Source: a virus (taxonomy: Duplodnaviria > Caudoviricetes). Taken from it: a DNA stretch of 64,000 bases. The position numbers and the translations under genes were made by a program. The first letter of the stretch is position 1; each line of letters starts with the position of its first letter. The notes beneath the pieces were generated by a model. That model searched no databases. It had not been told where the DNA came from and saw only the letters and a list, made by a program, of their open reading frames with translations. Shown piece by piece: positions 19,187 to 29,054 of this stretch. The stretch covers positions 64,001 to 128,000 of IMG/VR virus record IMGVR_UViG_3300033073_001332; one strand, 5' to 3'.

Positions 19187-20164
19187 TTATTTATTTTTAT
19201 AGAAATCCAACCAATATTCAATCATTTCATCTAACATAGATTCAAACGTATATTTAGGTTCCCATCCTAAGTTATATTTTAGTTTTGAAGAATCACCTTT
19301 TAAGTCATGTAACTCTTCAGGTCTAAAATGTTTTTCATCTATTATAATATAATCATAATAGTTTAAACCTAATTTTGAAAATGTGTATTCACATAAATCT
19401 TTTACTGAGTGTGATATTCCAGTTGCACATACATAATCATCTGGTGTGTCTGTTTGTAACATTAACCACATGGCTTCAACATAATCTTTTGCGTGTCCCC
19501 AATCTCTTGTTGCATCTAAATTACCGATATGTAATTTATCTTGTAATCCCAAACTAATTCTAACCGCCGCCTTTACAACCTTATTGGTTACGAAATTTGT
19601 TCCTCGTCTTGGTGATTCATGGTTAAATAAAATACCATTCCATATTTTCATTCCATATGAGTTACGATAGTTTCTACAAATGTTATATGAAAAAACTTTA
19701 GCACATCCATATGGTGATACAGGATTCATTGGGGTGGATTCTCTTTGAAATCCATCCTCATCAATTGTATTACCAAACATCTCAGAAGATGATGCTTGAT
19801 ATATTTTAATGTCTTTATTTAGTAACTTAACCGCTTCTAATAAATTTAAAGTTCCTAAACCTGTAACATTTGCTGTGTAAATAGGTTGGTCAAATGAAAT
19901 TCTAACATGGGATTGTGCTGCTAAATTATAAATTTCAATAGGTTCAATTTCTTGTATTACTCGAGTTAATGATGATAAATCTGTTAAATCTGCGTAATGC
20001 AATTTTAATTTATCAAAAACAGAATCAATTCTACTTGTTTGATTTTCAGACACTGAGTTTCTTTTCAAAGTTCCATGAACTTCATAACCTTTTTCTAAAA
20101 GGAATTCTGCGAGATATGAACCATCTTGTCCATTAATCCCTGTTATAAGTGCTACTTTCTTCAT
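19187..20164 (-). CDS. gmd: GDP-mannose 4,6-dehydratase
   Basis: ALITGINGQDGSYLAEFLL, LAAQSHV, YQASSSEMFG, SPYGCAK, LFNHESPRRG, RDWGHA. Confidence 0.97.
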   Translation of the reverse strand: MKKVALITGINGQDGSYLAEFLLEKGYEVHGTLKRNSVSENQTSRIDSVFDKLKLHYADLTDLSSLTRVIQEIEPIEIYNLAAQSHVRISFDQPIYTANVTGLGTLNLLEAVKLLNKDIKIYQASSSEMFGNTIDEDGFQRESTPMNPVSPYGCAKVFSYNICRNYRNSYGMKIWNGILFNHESPRRGTNFVTNKVVKAAVRISLGLQDKLHIGNLDATRDWGHAKDYVEAMWLMLQTDTPDDYVCATGISHSVKDLCEYTFSKLGLNYYDYIIIDEKHFRPEELHDLKGDSSKLKYNLGWEPKYTFESMLDEMIEYWLDFYKNK

Positions 20165-21309
20165 TCGTTAATTATTGATACAATAGTTTGAATTTCATCT
20201 AAAGTCAATCCTTGATGATTAGGGATATAAAATCCATATTGGTTAATTAATTCGCAGTTTTTTAATGATACTTCCCCGTATTTTTTTACCCACATCGGTT
20301 TTTTAGACATATCACCAGCAATGAGAGGTCTGACTTCTATATTTTTAGACATCAATTTATTAACAATCATGTCCCTGTTTTCGTCAACTATCGGATATGC
20401 GAAATTTGAAACAAAATCACCTTCTTTTTGGTTAACATTAATTTTGTTATTTTTGATTAGGTTTTTATAATGATTAAAGTTTAGGTTTCTTTTTTCACCA
20501 TAACCATCAAGTTTATCTATTGCCATTAGTCCAATAAAGGCTTGTAAATCAGTTGCTCTCAAATTAAAACCAGGTAAATAGAAGGTATATAATGAATCAA
20601 ACTCACTTACTTTATTTTCATTTCTAAGTTTATTTTGAATGTGTTTTGGTAAGTCTCTATCCCACCCATGACTTCTCATCATCAAAAGTGAGTAATAGAA
20701 ATCTTTATCATTAGTATTAATGAATCCACCTTCAATTGTACTTAAATGATGACCAAAATACATTGAGAAAAATGATGCAAACCCAAAAGAGCCGAGATAT
20801 TGTTCTTGGTATTTTGACCCCATACTTTCACAAACATCTTCTAATAATATTACATTATACTTTTCACAAAGTTCAACAACTTTTTCCATGTTGGGAACTA
20901 ACCCTAATGGTGAAACAAGTATCATACATGATGGGTCATGATTTTTAAATAACTCCTCTAAATGATTTAAATCACATGACAAATCTTCTAAATTACAATC
21001 ACAGAGAATTGGTTCCATACCTAACAACATAGGTGAGCTAACATCAGTTGCCCAACTTAATCCTGGTACAACAATTTTATTATTTCTTAATTTGTCAGTG
21101 TGAAGTAAAGCCGCAAGTGCAAGTAAAATTGCTGAAGACCCTGAGTTTACGTAAACAGAATATTTTGTTCCAATCTTTTCAGCCCATTTTGATTCTAACT
21201 CCCAAGTTAAATTCCCTTTTGTTAATCTAGGAATTTCATCTTGTCCTAACCATTCGATTAATTTATTAATGTCGTTTTTATCTATTGTGTCTTTAACTAA
21301 CTTTATCAT
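20161..21309 (-). CDS. colD: PLP-dependent GDP-4-keto-6-deoxymannose 3-dehydratase (ColD-type DegT family)
   Basis: VNSGSSA, EDVCESMG, FSMYFGHHLSTIEGG (His in place of the DegT catalytic Lys), RSHGWDR. Confidence 0.8.
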   Translation of the reverse strand: MIKLVKDTIDKNDINKLIEWLGQDEIPRLTKGNLTWELESKWAEKIGTKYSVYVNSGSSAILLALAALLHTDKLRNNKIVVPGLSWATDVSSPMLLGMEPILCDCNLEDLSCDLNHLEELFKNHDPSCMILVSPLGLVPNMEKVVELCEKYNVILLEDVCESMGSKYQEQYLGSFGFASFFSMYFGHHLSTIEGGFINTNDKDFYYSLLMMRSHGWDRDLPKHIQNKLRNENKVSEFDSLYTFYLPGFNLRATDLQAFIGLMAIDKLDGYGEKRNLNFNHYKNLIKNNKINVNQKEGDFVSNFAYPIVDENRDMIVNKLMSKNIEVRPLIAGDMSKKPMWVKKYGEVSLKNCELINQYGFYIPNHQGLTLDEIQTIVSIINE

Positions 21310-22210
21310 AATACGTTTCGTAAACTATTTTTATACCATCACTAAGTGGTGTGAATTTAAAATCCGGAAATAAACCCTTGAACTTATCTATTGATACATC
21401 TTTTCTGAACTGACCATTAGGTTTTTCTTTGTCCCATAAAATCTTTATGTTTTTATTATCTGTAACATCAAGTGCGATTTCTGCCATTTGTCTAATTGAA
21501 AGATTTTCTTCCGTAGCTACATTAAAACTATCTGTAATATTATTTTCAATAGTTTGTTTTATTATTTCTGCAAAATCACCAGCATACATAAATTGTCTTA
21601 ATGGTGTGCCATCACCATATAATGTAATATTATCTAATCCATTTTTCTTTGATTCATGTATCTTTTTAATCAAAGATGTTAAAAAATGACTTTTATTCTC
21701 ATCGTCTTTATCTTCAATACCATAAAGATTACATGGTATTAAATACTGGTAGTCTAATTTATATTGTTGGTTATAAGCATCAATCTGTGCTCCCATTGAA
21801 CGTTTTGAATACCCATATGAAAAATTTGTTATGGTTGGGGGTCCTTCGTGTAACATCGACTCATCCATTGGGTAATGTTTAGCAACATCAGGGTAAATAC
21901 AAGTACTTAAAATACCTATAAATTTTTTAACTTTAAAAACCCTCGAATATTCCACCATTAAAGTGTTCATCAATACATTTTGAGTAAAGTATTCTGCGGG
22001 GTGGTTGAGGTTATCGATTATACCTCCAACTCTTGCTGCTAGATGTACAACAACTTCTGGTTTATGTTTTAAAAACATTCTTTTTACACCATCTTCACTA
22101 GTTAAATCATAATCTTTTGATGATATATAGATAGCGTCAGGTAATATCTTTTTAAGATACTTACCAACTAATCCTGACCCACCCGTCACTAATATTTTTT
22201 TATTTTCCAT
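21293..22210 (-). CDS. fcl: GDP-L-fucose/colitose synthase (epimerase-reductase, Fcl/ColC)
   Basis: GGSGLVG, HLAARVGGI, STCIYP, YGYSKR, PCNLYG, GDGTPLRQF. Confidence 0.9.
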   Translation of the reverse strand: MENKKILVTGGSGLVGKYLKKILPDAIYISSKDYDLTSEDGVKRMFLKHKPEVVVHLAARVGGIIDNLNHPAEYFTQNVLMNTLMVEYSRVFKVKKFIGILSTCIYPDVAKHYPMDESMLHEGPPTITNFSYGYSKRSMGAQIDAYNQQYKLDYQYLIPCNLYGIEDKDDENKSHFLTSLIKKIHESKKNGLDNITLYGDGTPLRQFMYAGDFAEIIKQTIENNITDSFNVATEENLSIRQMAEIALDVTDNKNIKILWDKEKPNGQFRKDVSIDKFKGLFPDFKFTPLSDGIKIVYETYYDKVS

Positions 22211-22212
22211 TG

Positions 22213-23076
22213 TTACAAAAATGAATTTGCGGAGTTTATTATTTCTTCAAATGTATTATCATGAATAAAATTTGCCTTTAAATGAACTTTTGTGGTTTCT
22301 TTAGGTAACCAATCAACAATCGACATTTTATTTCGACAGCTAGTCATATTTGTTAAAACCATATTTTTTTTCATACCACCAACCATTGGCCAAATACCAC
22401 TATCGGTTGATATGAAAACTTTACATTTGGATAATAAGTATAAATCATCATTTATTGTTTTATTTTCCACTTTGGTAAAATCAACTATATTTTCATGTAT
22501 AGGCATGGGAGTTTGATTTTTATCACCAATCCTATAAACTTTGTATCCTAAATTTGCATAATGTAACGCAATATTAAAAAACGTATTAATATCCACAAAC
22601 CTTGATGGTTCAGAATCGTTACCATCAATTCTTTTCCAAAATGTGTTTTTTTCTCTGAATTGTAGAACTATCGTATCACTTGGTATGTTGTGAACGTTAG
22701 AATAATTTTCTTCGTTAAATATTAATCTTGTTTCAGGTGATAATTTAAGGTCTTCCCACATACCGTTATATGTCAAACCGTGATGTGCATATGCGGATGG
22801 CATGTATATATCTTTAAATTCTTCCGTACCGTATAAATTATTATTTAATATATCACCGATATTTTGAATATTTAATCCATCAAAAATTTTTGGGAAGAAT
22901 TTAATATTATTTTCATTAATGTTTGGTATACATAACGCAAAATATTTTTGGAATTCGTGTTCCACATAAATTGTAGGATTATCGTCAGGATTTACATCCA
23001 AGTATTGAGCTAAACCATATACATGTTCGGCGGAATTTCCTAATGCGTCGTCATGTCTCCATATTCCATATTTCAT
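22213..23076 (-). CDS. Putative glycosyltransferase (GT9/TIGR04372-like C-terminal domain)
   Basis: LGN N-motif, LQFRE, YRIGD, FISTDSG. Confidence 0.55.
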   Translation of the reverse strand: MKYGIWRHDDALGNSAEHVYGLAQYLDVNPDDNPTIYVEHEFQKYFALCIPNINENNIKFFPKIFDGLNIQNIGDILNNNLYGTEEFKDIYMPSAYAHHGLTYNGMWEDLKLSPETRLIFNEENYSNVHNIPSDTIVLQFREKNTFWKRIDGNDSEPSRFVDINTFFNIALHYANLGYKVYRIGDKNQTPMPIHENIVDFTKVENKTINDDLYLLSKCKVFISTDSGIWPMVGGMKKNMVLTNMTSCRNKMSIVDWLPKETTKVHLKANFIHDNTFEEIINSANSFL

Positions 23077-23714
23077 TGAGGCCAGTTTTTATAATGTTTA
23101 TAATTCATAGGGTCTGAATTTATTTTTTTGTTAACTAACAAAGAAATATACTTATCAATTCCGTGAACCAACATAGGTCTCTTTTCTTTAAACAGAGACT
23201 CTGATTTTTTTCTCAATGTCAATAACTCGTTATCATTATCAGTAGATGCCATAGCGTCTTCTAAATACCAATAACGAATATGTACTATACATAATTTGTC
23301 AATTAATTCAGAAAAAGTATCAGTAATGATATTATCATAATTTGGGAATTTATTCTTATTAAGTAGTAAGTTAACTTTATTTTCGATGTATGTATCTATG
23401 ATATTACCGATTGATTCCTCGTTAAAAAAATCCTTATCGTTCATTGCTTTGTCATCAACTACAATATCGTAATTAAGTTTTTTACCAACCCTTACTTCAT
23501 TATATTTAACTCCCCATTTTTCAAGTTGGGAAATGGTTAATTCTTGCCAATCTATTCCGGTGGTTGCACCTCTAGCGGTATCAATTATAATGTGATGACC
23601 CTCACTAAAAAGTTTATTTACCTTTTCAATTCTTTTCTCGTATGGTTTTGCTATTTCATAATTACCCTCTGTGTTTGTACATAAGGTACCATCTAAATCA
23701 AAGCAATATATCAT
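23073..23714 (-). CDS. HAD phosphatase (capsule-biosynthesis type) fused to C-terminal helical domain
   Basis: FDLDGTL, TARG, K, VDDKA; second domain FSELIDKLCIVHIRYWYLED (DUF4254-like, tentative). Confidence 0.75.
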   Translation of the reverse strand: MIYCFDLDGTLCTNTEGNYEIAKPYEKRIEKVNKLFSEGHHIIIDTARGATTGIDWQELTISQLEKWGVKYNEVRVGKKLNYDIVVDDKAMNDKDFFNEESIGNIIDTYIENKVNLLLNKNKFPNYDNIITDTFSELIDKLCIVHIRYWYLEDAMASTDNDNELLTLRKKSESLFKEKRPMLVHGIDKYISLLVNKKINSDPMNYKHYKNWPQ

Positions 23715-24534
23715 TTGTTTTTCTTAGTTTTTTAGCTATTGGTTTTTCTGTTTCATAAACCACCTTTATACCATCACCTAAGACGGTTTCCATTTTACGA
23801 ATACCTGAAACTAACTCAGAAACATGTTCGATAGATGCTGCTTGGTCTGAACCATACATTGTTCTATCTTTAGTAATATGAAATTCAACACACTCAGAAC
23901 CAAGAGCAACCGCACCATAACAAGGGATAAGCCCACTTGCGTGGTTTGAAAATCCAATTTTGTATTGTGGGTATTTTTGTTTTAATGTGGTGATATAATT
24001 TAAATTAATTTCTTCGTCTTTTGTTGGGTATGTACTGGTACATGCTAAAACATAATCAACATTATTTAATATATTTAAAGCTCCATCAATTTCCTCTTCT
24101 GTTGACATACCAGTTGAGACAATAATACGTTTACCCGTTTCGTTAAGTCTTTGTAAAAAAGATTTGTCAGTCAAAAGTGCTGACGCAACTTTATGATATT
24201 TTACATTTAAATTAGATTCAATTAAATCCACACTATTTAAATCCCAACAAGATACAATAAAGTCCAAGCCTAAATCATTTGAGAATGACTCTAGTTCTTT
24301 ATATTGTTCAATACTGAACTCAAGACCCATTTTTTGTTCACGGTTTGTTGTGCCCCACGGCGATTCTCTGTATGCGTCTAATTCTTCTTTAGTATAAACT
24401 AAATCAATATCACGTTTTTGAAATTTAACGGCATCACAACCACTTGATTTGGCGGTAACAATTAATTCTTTCGCCAAATTAAGGTCACCATTGTGGTTAA
24501 TACCGATTTCTGCAATTACATAAGTTTTTTTCAT
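23698..24534 (-). CDS. neuB: NeuB-family PEP-dependent ulosonic acid synthase (short, no C-terminal AFL domain)
   Basis: IAEIGINHNGD, DAVKFQKR, KVAS, STGMS, CTSTYP, GFSNH, EFHIT, GSDQAAS. Confidence 0.92.
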   Translation of the reverse strand: MKKTYVIAEIGINHNGDLNLAKELIVTAKSSGCDAVKFQKRDIDLVYTKEELDAYRESPWGTTNREQKMGLEFSIEQYKELESFSNDLGLDFIVSCWDLNSVDLIESNLNVKYHKVASALLTDKSFLQRLNETGKRIIVSTGMSTEEEIDGALNILNNVDYVLACTSTYPTKDEEINLNYITTLKQKYPQYKIGFSNHASGLIPCYGAVALGSECVEFHITKDRTMYGSDQAASIEHVSELVSGIRKMETVLGDGIKVVYETEKPIAKKLRKTNDILL

Positions 24535-24538
24535 TTTT

Positions 24539-25108
24539 TTATTTTTTAAACATTTTATTTTCTACGATTTCTAATATTGTGTGTCCAAGTAGAGTATGAC
24601 ATTCTTGTATTCTTGCCGTGTTATTTGATGGTATTATTAAACTAACATCTGAAATATCTTTCATTTCACCACCATCATTTCCTATAAATGAAATTACATA
24701 TGAGCCTTTAGATTTTGCAACATCAATCGCTTTAATAACATTTTTAGATTTACCTGATGTTGAAAAACAAATTAAAATATCACCTTCTTTAACTGATGAT
24801 TTTATTTCACGATAAAAGATGTCTGAGTAAGAATAGTCATTTCCTACTGCAGTCAAATAAGAAACGTTGGAGGCCAATAAAACAACCTCTAACGGTTCCC
24901 TATCAAAGTAAAAACGACCACTTAATTCTGCTGATAAATGTTGAGCATCTGCAAAACTACCACCATTACCACAAAAGAATACTTTATTACCTCTATTATA
25001 ACATTCTATAATTTTTTCAGCAATTATATTTGAGTTATTTATAATAACCTCATCATTCAAAAGTTTAGTTTTTAATTCAATAGACTCTTGAATGTTTTTT
25101 ATAATCAT
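24539..25108 (-). CDS. gmhA: Phosphoheptose isomerase GmhA-like SIS protein (start probably 25108 or 25117)
   Basis: CGNGGSFADAQHLSAELSGRF, TAVGNDY, STSGKSKNV, RIQECH. Confidence 0.88.
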   Translation of the reverse strand: MIIKNIQESIELKTKLLNDEVIINNSNIIAEKIIECYNRGNKVFFCGNGGSFADAQHLSAELSGRFYFDREPLEVVLLASNVSYLTAVGNDYSYSDIFYREIKSSVKEGDILICFSTSGKSKNVIKAIDVAKSKGSYVISFIGNDGGEMKDISDVSLIIPSNNTARIQECHTLLGHTILEIVENKMFKK

Positions 25109-25110
25109 TT

Positions 25111-25929
25111 CTACCATACTGTTTTCCCTCCGTCGATTACCACATTTGAACCTGTCATATATGAACTTGCGTCTGAACACATAAAAACAATTGCTCCTTT
25201 ATATTCATCAATATGAGCCATTCTACCCATTGGTATAATATTAGATAACTTGGTAACAAAATCAACAGGATGGTCATTATAAACTCCCGTTGGACTTAAA
25301 CAATTTACTCTAATATTATTTTTAGCAAAATATGTAGAAAGATATTTTGTCATACCGATAACCGCCCATTTAGCTGCAGAATATGTAATTGGTTTTACAT
25401 TTTGTTCATCTTCGGATTTTGTTTCATCTCGATATATTCTTTGGTCGGGAGCAATTACACCTAAATCTGATGATATATTTAATACAACACCACCACCCGT
25501 TTGCAACATCTTATTACAGATTATTTGTGATGTAAGAAAAGTACCATTAATAATTGCATCAATACCCTCTTTAAAATAAGATTCAGTCATTACCTCAAAT
25601 CTAGTTTCAGGTGTTAAACTTTTATCATCTTTTGTTACTTTTGGGTCTTTAGCCGCGTTGTTTATTAAAATATCAATCCTATCATATTTTTCTGAGACCT
25701 GTAAGATTGTTTCTTTTTTTGTGACATCCATATATTCCCAAAAAACATTCTCTTCACCATAGATTGATGAAAGTTTTTGATGTTTTTCGGATAACGATTT
25801 TGTATCAACATCTGTAAGAATAACTTTAGCACCGTACTCTAAAAGTGCTTCGGCATGTTTAGGACCTAATAATCCACCCGCACCTGTCACTAAAGCTACC
25901 TTACCATCTAAATCAAATAAATTTCTCAT
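25111..25929 (-). CDS. SDR oxidoreductase, PtmA-like (ulosonate-cluster associated)
   Basis: TGAGGLLG, NNAA, YSAAK, IRVNCLSP, SYMTGSNVVIDGG. Confidence 0.85.
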   Translation of the reverse strand: MRNLFDLDGKVALVTGAGGLLGPKHAEALLEYGAKVILTDVDTKSLSEKHQKLSSIYGEENVFWEYMDVTKKETILQVSEKYDRIDILINNAAKDPKVTKDDKSLTPETRFEVMTESYFKEGIDAIINGTFLTSQIICNKMLQTGGGVVLNISSDLGVIAPDQRIYRDETKSEDEQNVKPITYSAAKWAVIGMTKYLSTYFAKNNIRVNCLSPTGVYNDHPVDFVTKLSNIIPMGRMAHIDEYKGAIVFMCSDASSYMTGSNVVIDGGKTVW

Positions 25930-26696
25930 AATAGTTCTTTGATTTTATTGTATGTGTTTTTTATGTAGTTTATCTCATCACCATCAACATCCCTTGCTAA
26001 TTGTAAGATGATGTTATCATGGTAGTTATTTTTTTTTAATGTATCAATTATTGTTTTGAAATCGGTTTGACCTAACCCAAAATGTTTTGTTTGTCCATCA
26101 TAAGTTCTATCTTTAAAGTGGACATTTTTAATTTTATAACCAAAAAAGTTTATTAATTCTTCATGGTTTATTTTTTCTTTATATGTTGATGTAAAATTAC
26201 CAGTGTCGTAGGTGATATAAAAATTATCTCTTTTACTAACCACATCCATAACAATTTCCTTATCACATTCAAACTCAAAACAAAAATTTATATTAGGGTA
26301 GTTTTCAGAAATAGGGACAAAGTTTTTTAAAAATTCATGTCTGATGTATTCATTTTCAACTGAACTATCTTCGAGTAATGGGATAACTATTTTATTTAAA
26401 CCTAACTCCATCATTCGATTCAAAACAGGTACTAAATTTTCATTCATAAACTCTAGTTTATAAAATGAATTACAAACCATAGTATCAACACAAACGGAAA
26501 GAATGTTTGATGGTAGGGATTGCTCAACAAAAAAGGGATTAGTTAAATTATCTTTTGGCGTAATTAACCATTCTATACCTGATAGGTTTATTTGATTAAG
26601 ATTTTGAAATTCATATTCCCAATCATTTGTTGGGAATTCTTGCATTTTTCCATTTACAGGTTTACTTAATCTACCTTGTAATATTCCAAAAATCAT
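25926..26696 (-). CDS. Sugar-phosphate isomerase/epimerase (xylose isomerase-like TIM barrel)
   Basis: GILQGRLS, IEW, FE, YDTGN, VHFKDR, G.GQTDF. Confidence 0.8.
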   Translation of the reverse strand: MIFGILQGRLSKPVNGKMQEFPTNDWEYEFQNLNQINLSGIEWLITPKDNLTNPFFVEQSLPSNILSVCVDTMVCNSFYKLEFMNENLVPVLNRMMELGLNKIVIPLLEDSSVENEYIRHEFLKNFVPISENYPNINFCFEFECDKEIVMDVVSKRDNFYITYDTGNFTSTYKEKINHEELINFFGYKIKNVHFKDRTYDGQTKHFGLGQTDFKTIIDTLKKNNYHDNIILQLARDVDGDEINYIKNTYNKIKELL

Positions 26697-27661
26697 TTCT
26701 TACCGAAATTATAAGGTGTTGGTGCGGTTGGGGAAAGTTGGAACTCGTTATTAAAATCTTTAATCTGTTTTTCAATATCTAATCCCACATTTTCACTCCA
26801 TTTGTTTAGTAATTTTCTTGTAATATCACCCATACCTGAAGTTATCTCAATATAGTTAATTGATGTCATGGGTAGTATACAGAATGGGGTGGCAGTCATA
26901 AAACATTCATCGGAGGTGTATGCGTCATAAGGGGTTAAATCAGATTCAATACATTCAATACCTAATTCATTACATAGGTCAAAAATATAATCTCGACTAA
27001 TACCACGTAATATATTGTGTCCTTTTGGTGTTAAAACTTTTCCGTCTTTAACAAAGAATATATTATCACCACTACCTTCAGCAATGAAACCATTTTCATC
27101 TAATAATACCGCCCAATTGTTTTCACCTTTATAAAAAGATGCTTCAATATTTGCCATTTGGTAATGTAGTCGACTTCTATTTTTAATTCTCGGGTCTAAA
27201 AGGTTGTTACTGATTGCTTTTTGTTGTGTGATAACCCCATTTACTCCACCATCAAATAATTTACCCATACCATTTACGGTCCACTTTAAAGGGAAGTCGG
27301 CAATAATAACGGTAGGTTGGGGGTTTTCAAAAAGGTGTGAGTATAAACCTAAAGGGCCTCGACTCACATTAATCATCAATCGATGCTCATCTGTAGGTAG
27401 AAAATTAGGTTCGTTTATTTCAACTACTTGATTACAAAATTCAATCATTTGTTCTTTTGAATATTGTATAGGTATTCTTAGTATTTTCAAACCATTAAAT
27501 AACCTATCGATATGTTCTTCTAATTTAAATTGTTTTTTATTAAATGACCTAGTCATTTCAAAAACCATATCTCCAAACATCAAAGCTGAATCGTAAATTG
27601 AAATTTTAGCATCCATTTCATCTACAAACTCACCATTATAAAAAACTTTTCTATTACTCAT
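26693..27661 (-). CDS. Class IV PLP aminotransferase (BCAT/D-amino-acid aminotransferase fold)
   Basis: DSALMFGDMVFE, LEEHIDRL, RIKNRSR (catalytic Lys), AEGSGDN, LRGISR. Confidence 0.88.
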   Translation of the reverse strand: MSNRKVFYNGEFVDEMDAKISIYDSALMFGDMVFEMTRSFNKKQFKLEEHIDRLFNGLKILRIPIQYSKEQMIEFCNQVVEINEPNFLPTDEHRLMINVSRGPLGLYSHLFENPQPTVIIADFPLKWTVNGMGKLFDGGVNGVITQQKAISNNLLDPRIKNRSRLHYQMANIEASFYKGENNWAVLLDENGFIAEGSGDNIFFVKDGKVLTPKGHNILRGISRDYIFDLCNELGIECIESDLTPYDAYTSDECFMTATPFCILPMTSINYIEITSGMGDITRKLLNKWSENVGLDIEKQIKDFNNEFQLSPTAPTPYNFGKK

Positions 27662-28329
27662 TTTAATTTATTTTTAAAAATCAGTTCGCAAAGTTCTAAA
27701 TCCTCTAAACTATCAATCTCGAACATTTTCCAACCGTCCATTAATGATAAACCAATTTTACCAAATAATCTATTATTATTTTCAATAAACCCTTCTTTTT
27801 TGAAGACATATATTGAACCATTTTCGACATATTGTATTTCAGAATCCTGTCTCCTTTTTCTATTTTTATAATCATAATTGACACTCTCAAGGGAATCATT
27901 ATTAGATTTCCAAATTAACATATCCTCTAATATGCTGGCAGAAAAAACACTATCTAAATTATTGTTTATTAGTGACTCTATGCTGTTGTCTATATCTTTA
28001 GTTGTTCTTAATGGTGAAGTTGCTTGTAAAAAAACAATATAATCGTAATCTTTGTTTAATGTTTTAATCGTATGGATTAAAGCACTTTCACTTGACGATG
28101 TGTCGGTTGATAATTCTTCAGGTCTTTTTAATGTGGTTGCCCCATATAATTTAGATACTTCTAATATTTCATCAGAATCACTACTAACCACAACATCGGT
28201 AATGTATTTTGAATTTAATGCTTGATTAATTGAGTGACTAATTAATGGTTTACCCGCAAACTCAATTATATTTTTTTTAGGTATTCCTTTACTACCTCCT
28301 CTTGCGGGGATTATACATAGAATTTTCAT
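27658..28329 (-). CDS. neuA: CMP-ulosonic acid synthetase (acylneuraminate cytidylyltransferase)
   Basis: IPARGGSKGIPKKN, LQATSPLR, RRQD, ENGSIY, EIDSLED. Confidence 0.93.
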   Translation of the reverse strand: MKILCIIPARGGSKGIPKKNIIEFAGKPLISHSINQALNSKYITDVVVSSDSDEILEVSKLYGATTLKRPEELSTDTSSSESALIHTIKTLNKDYDYIVFLQATSPLRTTKDIDNSIESLINNNLDSVFSASILEDMLIWKSNNDSLESVNYDYKNRKRRQDSEIQYVENGSIYVFKKEGFIENNNRLFGKIGLSLMDGWKMFEIDSLEDLELCELIFKNKLK

Positions 28330-29054
28330 AAACTTTCAGTTTTTAACACTTTCGTTAAATGTGAAGATTGATTTAGGTTGATTATTTCTACTCCTATTTT
28401 TTTAGCACTTTCATTAATTATATTAAAGTCATTTAAAATATTATTTAAAAATGGGTCAAATTCCGTAACTAAAGTAGGTTGTCTATAAGAACCAAAATAA
28501 CCTTTTTTATAATCTAAATCTACCCCTGTAATATATATTTTTTTACAACCCAATAAAATAGACAAAGCAACCATATGTACAGCAACAGTATCCCCTGCAC
28601 TATATTTTTCGTTATGACCTGTAAATTTTTGTAATTCTTCTTGTATTGTTAATCTATCACTTATGAAGTTATCACACGTGTTTGGACAATTATTACATTT
28701 TTTGTTATTGAAATGTCTTTGGTCATATCCGATATAATTAAAATTTTTCATCCATTCCTCAATCCACCATCTTGGGGTTACATCGACAGAGTCTGAATGG
28801 ACAATCGTAGTGTTAGGAAATTTTTTGAACCTATTAAACATGAAATGTGCTGTCTGATGAGAGTTGGCAAAAACCCAATAGTCGGGTTGTAAATCAGTTA
28901 ATAAGTCAATATCATTACAAGAGACTAAAACTATGTCGTCTCTTTTTGTTTTTATGTAATCGATATTTTCAGAAAACGAAGGACCAAGACCACACACAAA
29001 TGCAATCTTATCTGAATGTTTATTTTTTACTTGGTCAAAATTATATTGTATCAT
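28326..29054 (-). CDS. Maf/DUF115 (MptE-like fold) putative CMP-ulosonate transferase
   Basis: AFVCGLGPSF, SCN, PDYWV, GDTVAVHM..LSILLGCKKIYITGVDL. Confidence 0.7.
   Translation of the reverse strand: MIQYNFDQVKNKHSDKIAFVCGLGPSFSENIDYIKTKRDDIVLVSCNDIDLLTDLQPDYWVFANSHQTAHFMFNRFKKFPNTTIVHSDSVDVTPRWWIEEWMKNFNYIGYDQRHFNNKKCNNCPNTCDNFISDRLTIQEELQKFTGHNEKYSAGDTVAVHMVALSILLGCKKIYITGVDLDYKKGYFGSYRQPTLVTEFDPFLNNILNDFNIINESAKKIGVEIINLNQSSHLTKVLKTESL

Noticed and set aside
20161-21309. Perosamine synthase or generic DegT aminotransferase
   Set aside because: Catalytic Lys position is His (GHHLSTIEGG), which indicates a 3-dehydratase
25109-25180. N-terminal extensions in the ORF track for GmhA (25180), ORF 7824 and polB (46313)
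   Set aside because: These extensions overlap an upstream gene, a terminator/promoter or a leader hairpin; downstream ATGs (25108/25117, 7845, 46361) fit better
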